Notes under the pieces: generated by a model
The model's input: only the letters and a program-made list of their open reading frames with translations
Database searches by the model: none
What the model was told of the DNA's origin: nothing
Position numbers and translations under genes: made by a program
In this document: piece after piece, positions 38,761 through 48,381 of the stretch
Position numbering within the stretch: position 1 is the first letter of the stretch
How the letters are laid out: every line of letters begins with the position of its first letter
Source: Minisyncoccota bacterium
GTDB taxonomy: Bacteria; Patescibacteriota; Minisyncoccia; Phycocordibacterales; WO2-35-19
DNA length: 64,000 nucleotides
Assembly (NCBI GenBank): GCA_041664625.1
Contig: JBAYKK010000003.1
Location: forward strand, 4,331 to 68,330
Direction of reading: 5' to 3'

Positions 38761-39834
38761 TTACCTCAAATACGCTTCTCGGTTGGTTTGGTGGCCTTCG
38801 AAATTTTTGGCGTAATACATATTGCCGGATTTATCAGACATAAAATATAAATATTCGGTTGGAGTGGGAGTGATGGCGGCGCGGATCGAGTCTATCCCTG
38901 GGTTAGTGATAGCGGTTGGTGGTAAACCTTTGTTAAGGTAGGTGTTGTATTCGTGGTCTTGTTTCAGATCTTCTTTGGTTAAAGTGTAAGAATTTTTACC
39001 ATTGTAATATTGAAAAGGCGCATCGACTTGTAAAGGCATTTTCATACGCAACCTTTTCCACAAAATTCCTGACACAATTCTTTTGGATTCCAAAGTCCTG
39101 TTGGCCTCATCTTCAATTATGGAAGCCATAATGATTATTTCGTTGAGAGGTTTTTGGAATTTTATAATATCGGCTTCATAAGGTTTGGTTTGTCTGGTGA
39201 AGTTTTCGCGCATCATTAGTATCACATCGCTTGCTTTGACGTTTGGAGTCAAAAAATAAGTATCAGGAAACAAAAATCCCTCGTAATTATTATCAGCCAC
39301 TTCTTTTTTGAAATCTTCAGCATTGAAATTTGGTAATTGTTTTTTTAAAATTTCAGCCATCTCTATCGAAGAAGAACCTTCTGGCAAAGTGACTCTCAAA
39401 GCGATCAGACCGAATTCGCCTTTGTGGATCATTTTTGCCACTCTGAAAATGTTGGTAGCAGTTGGGAAATAATAATCGCCGGCAACTACTCTCTTTTCAC
39501 CACCTAAAATAACGATAAAAGTTTTGAGCCAAAAATCCGAACGGATGATGTTTTTTTGTTTGAAAGAATTGGCTACTTGAGTCAAAGACTCACCCCTCTC
39601 GATAGTGATCAGGGCTTGTTCTGGGAAAGGACTCGGTGCTCGCCAACTAAAAATATAAAAAATACTAAATAAAAACAAAACCAGAGCAACTATCGCTGTT
39701 ATTCGTAAAATATGATTGTCCAAAAAAATTAAAACTTTGGTTATCCGGTCTCGCCAAGCCATAAGTCTTATGTGTTGAGATTCACGCTCAAGTAAATCCG
39801 CTACCTTTTTTTTAAAGTTTAACCAAAAATTCAT
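38761..39834 (-). CDS. mltG: Endolytic transglycosylase MltG
   Basis: TLPEG, EGFLFPDTY, ASIIEDE, MPLQVD, YNTY...GLPP.AI.NPG. Confidence 0.92.
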   Translation of the reverse strand: MNFWLNFKKKVADLLERESQHIRLMAWRDRITKVLIFLDNHILRITAIVALVLFLFSIFYIFSWRAPSPFPEQALITIERGESLTQVANSFKQKNIIRSDFWLKTFIVILGGEKRVVAGDYYFPTATNIFRVAKMIHKGEFGLIALRVTLPEGSSSIEMAEILKKQLPNFNAEDFKKEVADNNYEGFLFPDTYFLTPNVKASDVILMMRENFTRQTKPYEADIIKFQKPLNEIIIMASIIEDEANRTLESKRIVSGILWKRLRMKMPLQVDAPFQYYNGKNSYTLTKEDLKQDHEYNTYLNKGLPPTAITNPGIDSIRAAITPTPTEYLYFMSDKSGNMYYAKNFEGHQTNREAYLR

Positions 39835-39839
39835 AAGGG

Positions 39840-41081
39840 TTATATAGGTAAGTTAGCCGGAGCTTTAGATTTAAGTGAAGGTACTCTTTCAAATGTTGGA
39901 GTAGAAGCGACTGATCCAGGGAAGTGGAAAATAGTGGCCAATTCTTCGACATTCAAAACGAAAGGTTTGGTATAAAACTTTTTGCCTATGTAGGGCGAAT
40001 AAAAATATCGACGGAGTTTGTATTCCTCCAAAATTTTTGGTTTCAATTTTTCTTTTTTACTACCCCATTCTTGCCAAGGGTAATCAAAAATACCAAACCA
40101 ACCGGCCGGTTTGAAACCGTTTAAATTGAGTGAGCCGTATTGTTTGAAACAGCCACCGATACCACCACCGCCGTTGCCCGAGTTGAATTTATCTTTGTCA
40201 GCTATGTAGATACCGCGAATGCCGACGTCAAAAGGTATTTTGGAAACGCTACGCTCTAACGCAGCTATCATATCAGCTTCACCTTTGCTTGGTATCCTAG
40301 GGAAACCACCTTCTTCTTTGGCCACTTTCAAATCTTTTAAGATTTTTTCTTTGGCGGCTTTGGCTTCATCTGTCCAAGAATCTTCTTTTTCACTAAAAAC
40401 GTCGGCCACTCTTCTTTTTTTGTGAGCACGGATAAGTATTTGGATCCAAGCGTTGTGGCCAGAAGTAAGTGAGCCCAAAAATTCTATAAGCGGGGTCATT
40501 GGGTCGATTTTGAATTCTTCTTTGGGGTCCTTATCAAGTCCATAATCTATGTAAGTTTTGATTGGGAAAGGGTCAGCTTTGGTCAAAGCAAATTCACAAC
40601 CCCAAAGCCCGTATTTTTCAGGATCGTAATAAAAAGGTTTGGTGTAATCTTCGGCTTCATAAATCTCTACCCCTGGGTATTGAGAATAAATTTGTGATTC
40701 TATAATGTTGCGATGTTTGGGTTTGGTCCAGATAAAAAATTTGATATTACCGCCGATCGAAACTATCTCCAAAGAAAACCAACTACGAGTTTGGCCATTC
40801 CAAATGCGGTCTACCCAAGTACCTTCGCCACCAGGTTGATGCAAAGCGTTCAAAACTATTTCCATCGCTACTGGTGATTTGGTGATTTCTCGAGGTAGCC
40901 TTATTTCCAGAAGTACTGAACCTTCTTTTTGCCAAAATTTGGTGCGTTGGTAATAAAGCCAAGCATTAAAAAGCGCCACCAAAAAGGCGACTGGCAACCA
41001 TATAGGCATTCCCAAATAAACATATTTGAATGCCAAGAGTAAACCATCCCAAACTTCAGTAGGTATAAAACCAAAAACCAT
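39840..41081 (-). CDS. Conserved CPR membrane protein
   Basis: LLEIRLPREI.KSP.AME, FSLEI, YSQYP, ELATIFHFP, APANLP. Confidence 0.75.
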   Translation of the reverse strand: MVFGFIPTEVWDGLLLAFKYVYLGMPIWLPVAFLVALFNAWLYYQRTKFWQKEGSVLLEIRLPREITKSPVAMEIVLNALHQPGGEGTWVDRIWNGQTRSWFSLEIVSIGGNIKFFIWTKPKHRNIIESQIYSQYPGVEIYEAEDYTKPFYYDPEKYGLWGCEFALTKADPFPIKTYIDYGLDKDPKEEFKIDPMTPLIEFLGSLTSGHNAWIQILIRAHKKRRVADVFSEKEDSWTDEAKAAKEKILKDLKVAKEEGGFPRIPSKGEADMIAALERSVSKIPFDVGIRGIYIADKDKFNSGNGGGGIGGCFKQYGSLNLNGFKPAGWFGIFDYPWQEWGSKKEKLKPKILEEYKLRRYFYSPYIGKKFYTKPFVLNVEELATIFHFPGSVASTPTFERVPSLKSKAPANLPI

Positions 41082-41180
41082 ATCAATATTTTATCATTAC
41101 TATTATAAAAAAGAAAACTGATTTTTGAACAACAAAAAATGGCCAGAGTGGGCCATTTTTTGTTTAGTTGATTTTTTTGT

Positions 41181-42236
41181 TTAAGCGGCTGTGTATAGTC
41201 CTTGTTTGTTTTTCTTGAAGAACTTTGGATTTTGTAAGTTGACCATCACGGTGTTGGCTTTGACGTAACGTTCTTTCATCACTTTTTCTAAAACTTGTTC
41301 TTTGGAAAGTGGGCCATCTTTTTTGATAATTTCAGCGATCACATCTCGGACTACGCCAGTTGAATAACCCCATTCTTTCAAAGCATAAAGACCACGACCA
41401 ACCAAAACGAAACGAGGGTCTTTGATGAGTTCGTTGTGAGTGGTAGCGACATGGGCTTTTTTCTTGAAAACTTCACCTATGAGTTTGGCTACTTCTCTGA
41501 AGTGGATTGGTGAACCATGTTTGCGTAAAATCAAATATGCGTAATCACGAACTCCTTTGGTCTTGATATTTGAAGATTTAGATTTGCCCCATTCGCCCAA
41601 TGGATTTTTGGAAATATTTTTGGAAATAGAGAGCCAACGAGTGAGTATCTCATCTTGTTTGTATTCGTCGGAAACATTTTTTAAATGTTCCAAAAAGGAA
41701 TTAACAATTTCAGCTTCTGGGATTATTTCATCATCGCCCAAACCGATATAGAGTTTGCGTAAAGCCTCGTGGATTTTTTCGGCTAAGCTGCCGTCTACGT
41801 GCCAACGATGTTTGAATTCTATGTCTTCTTTGATTTTGCTGAAATCATCACCAACTACCAAAAGGAAATGGATGTATTTTTTGGTGACTGTGTCTTTACC
41901 CAAATGATTTAGCAAATCATCTTCAGAAACTACACCACCCATTTGGTTCATTATATTTTTTAATTCATCAAAAACGGCTCGCTCTTTTTCATAAGTATCA
42001 GCTTTCCTGATGTGGTTTATGGCGTAATTTTCAATCTGACGGACTCTCTCTCTGGTGATACCGTATTTTTTGCCTATTGCTTCAAGAGTCATTTCTTCGC
42101 CATTTTGATTCAAGCCAAAACGGCCCACGATCACATCTTGAGCTCGGTCTGGGAGAGAACCAAAAAGTCTCTTAACCACTTGCTTGGGGTTAAAAGAAAG
42201 GACGAATATTTTGTTTTTTGAAGCTTCTTTTATCAT
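41181..42236 (-). CDS. Sigma-70 region 4 / HTH domain protein
   Basis: RFGL, TLEAIG..YGITRERVRQIE; C-terminal PIHF.E, HNELIKDPRFVLVGRGLYAL. Confidence 0.85.
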   Translation of the reverse strand: MIKEASKNKIFVLSFNPKQVVKRLFGSLPDRAQDVIVGRFGLNQNGEEMTLEAIGKKYGITRERVRQIENYAINHIRKADTYEKERAVFDELKNIMNQMGGVVSEDDLLNHLGKDTVTKKYIHFLLVVGDDFSKIKEDIEFKHRWHVDGSLAEKIHEALRKLYIGLGDDEIIPEAEIVNSFLEHLKNVSDEYKQDEILTRWLSISKNISKNPLGEWGKSKSSNIKTKGVRDYAYLILRKHGSPIHFREVAKLIGEVFKKKAHVATTHNELIKDPRFVLVGRGLYALKEWGYSTGVVRDVIAEIIKKDGPLSKEQVLEKVMKERYVKANTVMVNLQNPKFFKKNKQGLYTAA

Positions 42237-42368
42237 ATAATTTATTAAATTAATTATACCCGCCCGCAACGATTCGCAAACTCATCTTGCGATTCGGGCG
42301 GGCCACATTATTATAACACATTTGACACTCTCTACAATATCACATCACACTTTTTTGTCAAATCTTGA

Positions 42369-44828
42369 TTAGATCACGAAGTTTATTATCTTGTTTGGAA
42401 TAAAAATGATTTTTTTGGGCTCTTTCCCTTCTAGCCATTTTTGGGTCTCTGGCAGGCTTAAAGCCTTTGTTTTGGCCTCATTTTCGGATATGCCCACCTC
42501 TGCTTCAAATTGAGATCTGATCTTGCCGTTTATCTGCACTACTATAACAGTATTTGTTTCTTTGATTTTTGAACTATCAAAAATAGGCCATTCTTCCAAA
42601 TGAATTGAAGAGTCATGCCCCAGGTTAGACCAAATTTCTTCTGTCATATGTGGTGCAAAAGGTGCTAATAACTTCAAAAATGTCTCAAAGTTTTCTTTAG
42701 CTACTAGCTGCTGGTTGCTGGCTACTTCCTTTTCGAGTTCATTTAGCAAAATCATCATGGCCGAAATAGCAGTATTGAATTTATAATTTTCAATATCCTC
42801 GGTTACTTTCTTTATAGTTTTATGTAATAGATTTTCAAGTTTTTGGTTTGGTTTTTTTGCGTCTGATTTTTCTTCAATTAATTCATGATTCATACTTCTT
42901 AATTCATTTCCCATTTTCCACACTCTTTCCAAAAATCTTTTTATGCCCACTACCCCACCTATGTCCCACGGATACTGACCAGTCTCATTGTATGGTCCGA
43001 TAAAAGCGAGGTACATCTTGACTGTATCTCCGCCAACTTTTTCTACTAATTCATCTGGGTCTATCACGTTGCCTTTACTCTTGCTCATCTTTTGACCGTC
43101 AGGTCCCAAGATCAATCCTCTGTTCATTCTTTCTGTGAATGGTTCGGCTTCGTTTACCAATCCCATATCAAAAAGAGCTTTGTGGAAAAATCTGGAATAC
43201 AAAAGATGCATATTGGTATGTTCGGCACCACCCGAATATCTGGCAACTGGCATCCAGTTTTTCATTTTTGCTTTGTTGGCGAATTCTTTTGAGTTGGTTG
43301 GGTCGGTGTAGCGGTTGAAATACCAAGAAGAATCTACGAATGTGTCCATTGTGTCGTATTCAGGTGTCCAACCTTTGCCAAATATTTTTTCTACTCGGTT
43401 TTTTAATTCTTTGGAAGTAGTGAGCGGTGAATCCCCTTTTGGGCTAAAATCTACATCTTCGGGTAAAAGCCAAGGTAAGTGCTTATCGGGAATCATGTAA
43501 GCTTGACCTTGTGGATCATAAACTACCGGTATAGGGCAACCCCAGTATCTCTGGCGACTCAAGAGCCAATCACGTAATTTAAATTTAGTTACTTTTTGGC
43601 CAAACTTTTCTGTGATTTTCTCTCGCGCTTCTCCACTCGACATTCCATTAAGCTCACCAGAATTTGTGTTAATTCCCTCATCAATAAAAGCTTTATTAGA
43701 AATGTCACCACCGCTTATTACTTCAACTATTGGTAGGTTGTATTTTTTGGCAAATTCAAAATCGCGGTCGTCATGAGCGGGCACAGCCATCACTGCGCCG
43801 GTACCATAATTACCCAGCACATAATCAGCTACGAAAACTGGCACTTCCTCTTTGTTGGCTGGGTTTATAGCGGTCACTCCTTCCAATTTTACTCCCGTCT
43901 TTTCCTTCTTGGCGTCAGTCCTTTCTATTTCTGTTCTATTTTTTGTTTTTTCTGCGTATTCTTTGACTTTTTCATAATTCCTAATTCCTAATTCATGATT
44001 CAATATTTTCTTTACTATTTCGTGTTCGGGGGCTACCACTAAATAAGTAACACCAAAAAGCGTATCGGCTCTTGTGGTGAAGACTTCTATTTTTTCCCTT
44101 ACTACTGTCTGCTTACTGCTTACTACTTCAAATTCCAATTCCGTCCCTTCTGACTTCCCTATCCAATTTCTTTGCGCCGTCTTTATTTCTTCCGGCCACT
44201 TCAAATCTTTCATATCAGAAATCAATCTCTCGGCGTAATCAGTAATTTTGAAAAACCATTGTTCCAAGTCTTTTTGAATAACTTCGCTATCACATCTCTC
44301 GCACTTGCCATCTTTGACTTGTTCGTTGGCCAGCACAGTTTGGCACGAAGGGCACCAATTAACAGAGGCCTTTTTTTTGTAAGCTAAATCTTTTTTATAA
44401 AATTGTAAGAATAACCATTGGGTCCATTTATAGTATTCAGGGTCGGCGGTGATGATTTTGCGGGACCAATCAAAAGAGTTGCCCATACTTTGGAGTTGTT
44501 TTTCCATGTAGGTAATATTTTCGTAAGTCCATTTTTTGGGATCCAAACCTCTTTTGATGGCAGCATTTTCGGCCGGTAGCCCAAAGGCGTCAAAACCGAT
44601 TGGCAGCATGACATTGTAGCCTTGCATTCTTTTGGTACGCGCAAAAATATCTGGCAGAGCAAAAGCGTACCAATGGCCGATGTGTAAATTGCCAGATGGA
44701 TAAGGGAATTCCATCAAAGCAAAAATATTTTTTTTACCAGGCACCTCGTCGGCAGTTTTGTATAAATTATCTTTTTGCCATTTTTCCTGCCACTTTTTTT
44801 CTATTTCTTTATGATTGTATGATTCCAT
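42369..44828 (-). CDS. leuS: Leucine--tRNA ligase
   Basis: FPYPSGNLHIGH, SRQRYWG, MDTFVDSSWY, KMSKSKGN. Confidence 0.97.
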   Translation of the reverse strand: MESYNHKEIEKKWQEKWQKDNLYKTADEVPGKKNIFALMEFPYPSGNLHIGHWYAFALPDIFARTKRMQGYNVMLPIGFDAFGLPAENAAIKRGLDPKKWTYENITYMEKQLQSMGNSFDWSRKIITADPEYYKWTQWLFLQFYKKDLAYKKKASVNWCPSCQTVLANEQVKDGKCERCDSEVIQKDLEQWFFKITDYAERLISDMKDLKWPEEIKTAQRNWIGKSEGTELEFEVVSSKQTVVREKIEVFTTRADTLFGVTYLVVAPEHEIVKKILNHELGIRNYEKVKEYAEKTKNRTEIERTDAKKEKTGVKLEGVTAINPANKEEVPVFVADYVLGNYGTGAVMAVPAHDDRDFEFAKKYNLPIVEVISGGDISNKAFIDEGINTNSGELNGMSSGEAREKITEKFGQKVTKFKLRDWLLSRQRYWGCPIPVVYDPQGQAYMIPDKHLPWLLPEDVDFSPKGDSPLTTSKELKNRVEKIFGKGWTPEYDTMDTFVDSSWYFNRYTDPTNSKEFANKAKMKNWMPVARYSGGAEHTNMHLLYSRFFHKALFDMGLVNEAEPFTERMNRGLILGPDGQKMSKSKGNVIDPDELVEKVGGDTVKMYLAFIGPYNETGQYPWDIGGVVGIKRFLERVWKMGNELRSMNHELIEEKSDAKKPNQKLENLLHKTIKKVTEDIENYKFNTAISAMMILLNELEKEVASNQQLVAKENFETFLKLLAPFAPHMTEEIWSNLGHDSSIHLEEWPIFDSSKIKETNTVIVVQINGKIRSQFEAEVGISENEAKTKALSLPETQKWLEGKEPKKIIFIPNKIINFVI

Positions 44829-44875
44829 TTTTCCTGTTTACCCAGCGTAGCTTTAGCGAAGTTGGGCATAATAAA

Positions 44876-45817
44876 TTACCCTCTCACCTGTGTTGGGTAT
44901 GTGACTGGGTCAATGACGCGAGTGAAGCACTGCCTGCCCATCTTGTGGTTCCAGTTGTCGTTTTCAATCGTTCCGATTTTGCCTGGGTAAGTGACTTGCA
45001 TCATACCTTGGTATTGATTTTGGCTCATCATGTTTTCTTTATTGAAGTTAGTGCATATTTCAAAAGTCATTTCTTTAGTTTTTTTGTATTCGTAATCGGC
45101 CATGTTGATACCAGTCAAACAATAATTTTGAACACAATAAGTCTCTAATGCGGGTTGAGATTGTGGCAACATACCGTTCATCTGCCAATAACTTATGACT
45201 TGCCACTGGATATTTTGCAGGTCAGTTATTTTTTGATTGTCTGCACGTATAAGCCTCTGGGTTTGAGGTGAGCCGAGTACTACAAAGCCCCAAATTATAG
45301 TTGCCAAAATGATAACGCTTACCACTATTGGTCTCGTCTTCATACATTTAGCTGAGACTCTGTCGCGAATATCTTGGAGATAATGAGCAAAAATAGCTCC
45401 GGCTACCAAAAGTACAGCTAGCGCTTTGAGCAAGAAGGCTGCGGTCAAATCTTGGCCATCTAAAAATTTATAGAGCACTGTTACCAAATCCCCTGCCAAA
45501 AGTAGGCCAGCTACGAAAAGAGTGATGTAAGTTAGCCATTTGCGGATACCCAAATCTTTTTTAACTGGGTTTTCGATGTAAATTTTGTTTACGAAATAAG
45601 ATAAGAGGATAAACAAAGGGAAAAAAATAATGAGGGTAGCTACCGGCATACTGATTTCGGATCCACCACCCCAATTATAAATATTTTGAGCGACTTCAGG
45701 GAAAGCCTTATTTATTATTTTGAAAATTAGATTTAAGAAACTGACGGTGGCGGTATATAAAGCCACCATCGCTCCCAAATGCAAAAAGAAATCTTTAGCT
45801 GTGGTTTTTTGTTCCAT
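44876..45817 (-). CDS. DUF5671-like membrane protein
   Basis: KDFFLHLG, RKWLTYITLF, GDL, GSP..QR, DLQNIQWQ. Confidence 0.75.
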   Translation of the reverse strand: MEQKTTAKDFFLHLGAMVALYTATVSFLNLIFKIINKAFPEVAQNIYNWGGGSEISMPVATLIIFFPLFILLSYFVNKIYIENPVKKDLGIRKWLTYITLFVAGLLLAGDLVTVLYKFLDGQDLTAAFLLKALAVLLVAGAIFAHYLQDIRDRVSAKCMKTRPIVVSVIILATIIWGFVVLGSPQTQRLIRADNQKITDLQNIQWQVISYWQMNGMLPQSQPALETYCVQNYCLTGINMADYEYKKTKEMTFEICTNFNKENMMSQNQYQGMMQVTYPGKIGTIENDNWNHKMGRQCFTRVIDPVTYPTQVRG

Positions 45818-45863
45818 GTGATTTTGCGAAATCATGCCGTCCCAACGTCCATTAAGGGGCGGC
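45818..45863 (-). repeat. Two-hairpin element copy 2 (5' of DUF5671-like gene)
   Basis: gtgattt-tgcg-aaatcat followed by gccgtccc-aacgtccattaa-ggggcggc. Confidence 0.75.
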
Positions 45864-45904
45864 TAATCCCAATTAGTATTAATAATCTAATTATACCATA
45901 AAAA

Positions 45905-46909
45905 TCAGATTTTAAACTCTAAAATGTCGCCATCTTTTACGATGTATTCTTTGCCTTCGGTACGGAGGAGGCCCTTTTCACGAGCGGCACCATATGAGCC
46001 GACTTCAAGTAGTTTGTCCCATTCTATAACTTCGGCTCGTATAAATTTATCTTTGAAATCAGTGTGTATGGCCATACCCGCGACAGGTGCTGTCGAGCCT
46101 CTCTTCACGGTCCAACCACGAGTCTCGTCTTCACCGGTAGTGAAATAAGTGATGAGGTCCAAAGTTTCGTAAGCTTTTTGGATCAAATCGTTCAGACCTT
46201 TTTCAAAAATCGGGTCAACTTCAACATAAGGGCCTGGCAAATTTTTTTCAATTCCAGTCTGATTTTCGGAAACTTCAGAAGTATTCAAAACATATAAAAC
46301 TGGCTTCATAGTCAAAAGTTGCATATTTTTAACAAATATTTTTTCTTCTTTTTCTAATTCTTCAAATATTTTTGATGCAAAATTTTCAGCCTCTAGAGTT
46401 TTGCTGACTTTTTCTAAAGCACTTTTTTCAATCAAGGCTTCCTTCACTCCTTTTTTGACATCTTTTTCTAGGCTACCTAGTCTTTTGTTTACGGTTTGTA
46501 GGTCTGCCAAAATTAATTCTAAATTTATAGTTTCAATATCCGAAAGTGGGTCCACTCGACCCTCAACATGCAAAATTTCTTTGTCTTCAAATATGCGCAC
46601 TACTTGCGCGATGGCGTCGCATTCTCTTATATGTTGCAAAAAAGCGTTGCCCTTGCCCTCGCCTTTGGATGCGCCTTTGACTAGACCCGCGATATCGACG
46701 AATTCTACTACTGCCGGTACTTTTTTTTTGGACTTAGAAAATTCATTGAGTTTTTCGAGCCGTTCGTCCGGCACAGGGATGATCCCTATGCTCGGGTCTA
46801 TAGTACAAAATGGGTAATTTTCGGCCGGTACACTTTTTTTGGTAAGTGCGTTGAATAGTGTGGACTTGCCCACGTTTGGTAGCCCGACGATACCGATACT
46901 TAAACTCAT
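45905..46909 (-). CDS. ychF: Redox-regulated ATPase YchF
   Basis: GLPNVGKSTLFN, NYPFCTI, DIAGLV, EGKEYIVKDGD. Confidence 0.96.
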   Translation of the reverse strand: MSLSIGIVGLPNVGKSTLFNALTKKSVPAENYPFCTIDPSIGIIPVPDERLEKLNEFSKSKKKVPAVVEFVDIAGLVKGASKGEGKGNAFLQHIRECDAIAQVVRIFEDKEILHVEGRVDPLSDIETINLELILADLQTVNKRLGSLEKDVKKGVKEALIEKSALEKVSKTLEAENFASKIFEELEKEEKIFVKNMQLLTMKPVLYVLNTSEVSENQTGIEKNLPGPYVEVDPIFEKGLNDLIQKAYETLDLITYFTTGEDETRGWTVKRGSTAPVAGMAIHTDFKDKFIRAEVIEWDKLLEVGSYGAAREKGLLRTEGKEYIVKDGDILEFKI

Positions 46910-46926
46910 ACTCTATTTATAACACA

Positions 46927-46951
46927 AAAACTCCCCGTGAGGGGAGTTTTT
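46927..46951. terminator. Intrinsic terminator
   Basis: aaaactcccc-gtga-ggggagtttt. Confidence 0.75.
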
Positions 46952-46968
46952 GGAGACAAATTTATTTT

Positions 46969-47148
46969 TTAATATTCAGAATATATTTGTCGATGCGAAG
47001 AAACTTGTCGCTTCATGCGACGAGCAGCTTTGCGTAGATAATGTTGGATGTCTAATCGTCGTGGCATTGAATCCACCGTCCTGCCATCACCATACATCAC
47101 CCAATTCTTGTCCCTTGCGACATTTATGTCGCGTGTTTGTGTGCTCAT
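46969..47148 (-). CDS. Small basic hypothetical protein (59 aa)
   Basis: MSTQTRDINVARDKNW...RQIYSEY; GC-richer than flanks, ends just before the terminator. Confidence 0.5.
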   Translation of the reverse strand: MSTQTRDINVARDKNWVMYGDGRTVDSMPRRLDIQHYLRKAARRMKRQVSSHRQIYSEY

Positions 47149-47214
47149 GATATTAATTGTTAGTTATTAATACACCTTTATTTTTTATGAACTAATTTGT
47201 TTTGCCTTTGAGTT

Positions 47215-47400
47215 TTATCTGATATTGCCCGTCAGAAGAGAACTATTTTCAGGGTAAGTGACATTGGTATCGCTTGTTACAGATGAATTTTCAGTTGATA
47301 ATGTCTGGACAGAAGTAACATTTTTTTTGATAAACAAAGAAACGATTAAAATAATTGGTAATATCACAATCATTCCTAACATGGCGATATTTTTGTTCAT
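47215..47400 (-). CDS. Small membrane protein
   Basis: N-terminal TM; ATGA overlap with the PAS gene. Confidence 0.5.
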   Translation of the reverse strand: MNKNIAMLGMIVILPIILIVSLFIKKNVTSVQTLSTENSSVTSDTNVTYPENSSLLTGNIR

Positions 47401-47978
47401 ATTATTTTTTTTAGTCCATTAATCTCTTTTTCTAATTTTTCGATATAAACTTCCAGTTTGTTTGCTCTCTGAGCCATCGTTTCTTCAAATTGCTTGGTGT
47501 GACGAGCCAGCATTTCTGCTACATCCATCATTTCGGTGACGTCTTCCATGGCTAGTAGTATGATGGGCGGGAATGACGCCGAGCCGGTCTCTCCTTGGAT
47601 ATAAATTTGCCGAGCGTTGAGGATCATTATTTTATTTCCAATAAGCGGAAACTCGTGAGTAACTTCGAAACCTTTGAAAAAGGTGTCTTTTGATAATATG
47701 TCTTCCAGCAATTTTTTGAGCGAAGGAATGTTCCATTGGCCGTTTCCTAGTTGGTACACGATTTTGTTTTCGGTGTCTTTGGGTTTTACTTTGAAAGTCA
47801 GATAAAAAGGTTCATTGGCTACCATAACTCTGAAGTCTTTATCAAGAATCAAGACTGGCTCCCGTACAACATCTACTACGCTTTTGATGTATGTCCAACT
47901 TTTTTCCCATAGATGATCAACAAAACTGCTGTTAACAGATCTAAGAATTTGTTTTGCTTTATTTTTTGTTATTTCCAT
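47397..47978 (-). CDS. PAS domain protein
   Basis: VREPVLILD..FRV..AN..FY, LGNGQWNIP.L..LLE.IL, ILLAMEDVT. Confidence 0.85.
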   Translation of the reverse strand: MEITKNKAKQILRSVNSSFVDHLWEKSWTYIKSVVDVVREPVLILDKDFRVMVANEPFYLTFKVKPKDTENKIVYQLGNGQWNIPSLKKLLEDILSKDTFFKGFEVTHEFPLIGNKIMILNARQIYIQGETGSASFPPIILLAMEDVTEMMDVAEMLARHTKQFEETMAQRANKLEVYIEKLEKEINGLKKII

Positions 47979-48005
47979 ATAAATAAAACCGTTTGGAAAT
48001 CAAAA

Positions 48006-48227
48006 TTATTGCAAAACAAGGTTAGATTCTGTTTCGTATTGAGCTTGATCTTGCTCCATACATGCTAAACATTCTGTGAAATGCACAGGCACTTCTACCT
48101 CATCATTTTGGTCGAGGTATTTGGGTCTTTCAAGATGCCACGAATTTTTATAATAAAAGGTTAAGCATTTTTTACACATGGTTAAGCCTTTAAAATTTCG
48201 TCCGATAGATAATATTTTTTTAAACAT
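48006..48227 (-). CDS. Small CxxC...CxxC zinc-binding protein
   Basis: CKKC..FY...SWH and CLAC. Confidence 0.6.
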   Translation of the reverse strand: MFKKILSIGRNFKGLTMCKKCLTFYYKNSWHLERPKYLDQNDEVEVPVHFTECLACMEQDQAQYETESNLVLQ

Positions 48228-48381
48228 ATATTTTTTTTAATTATTAATATTATATTAAACTTAATATAATATTAATATTGTATTATCAAAAAAACATAAG
48301 TCAATACAAAATATACCTATATTGTATGAATAAGGTGTTTATAATCTGTTAGTAATTTAATGTAAGCTTAATATACGGAGT

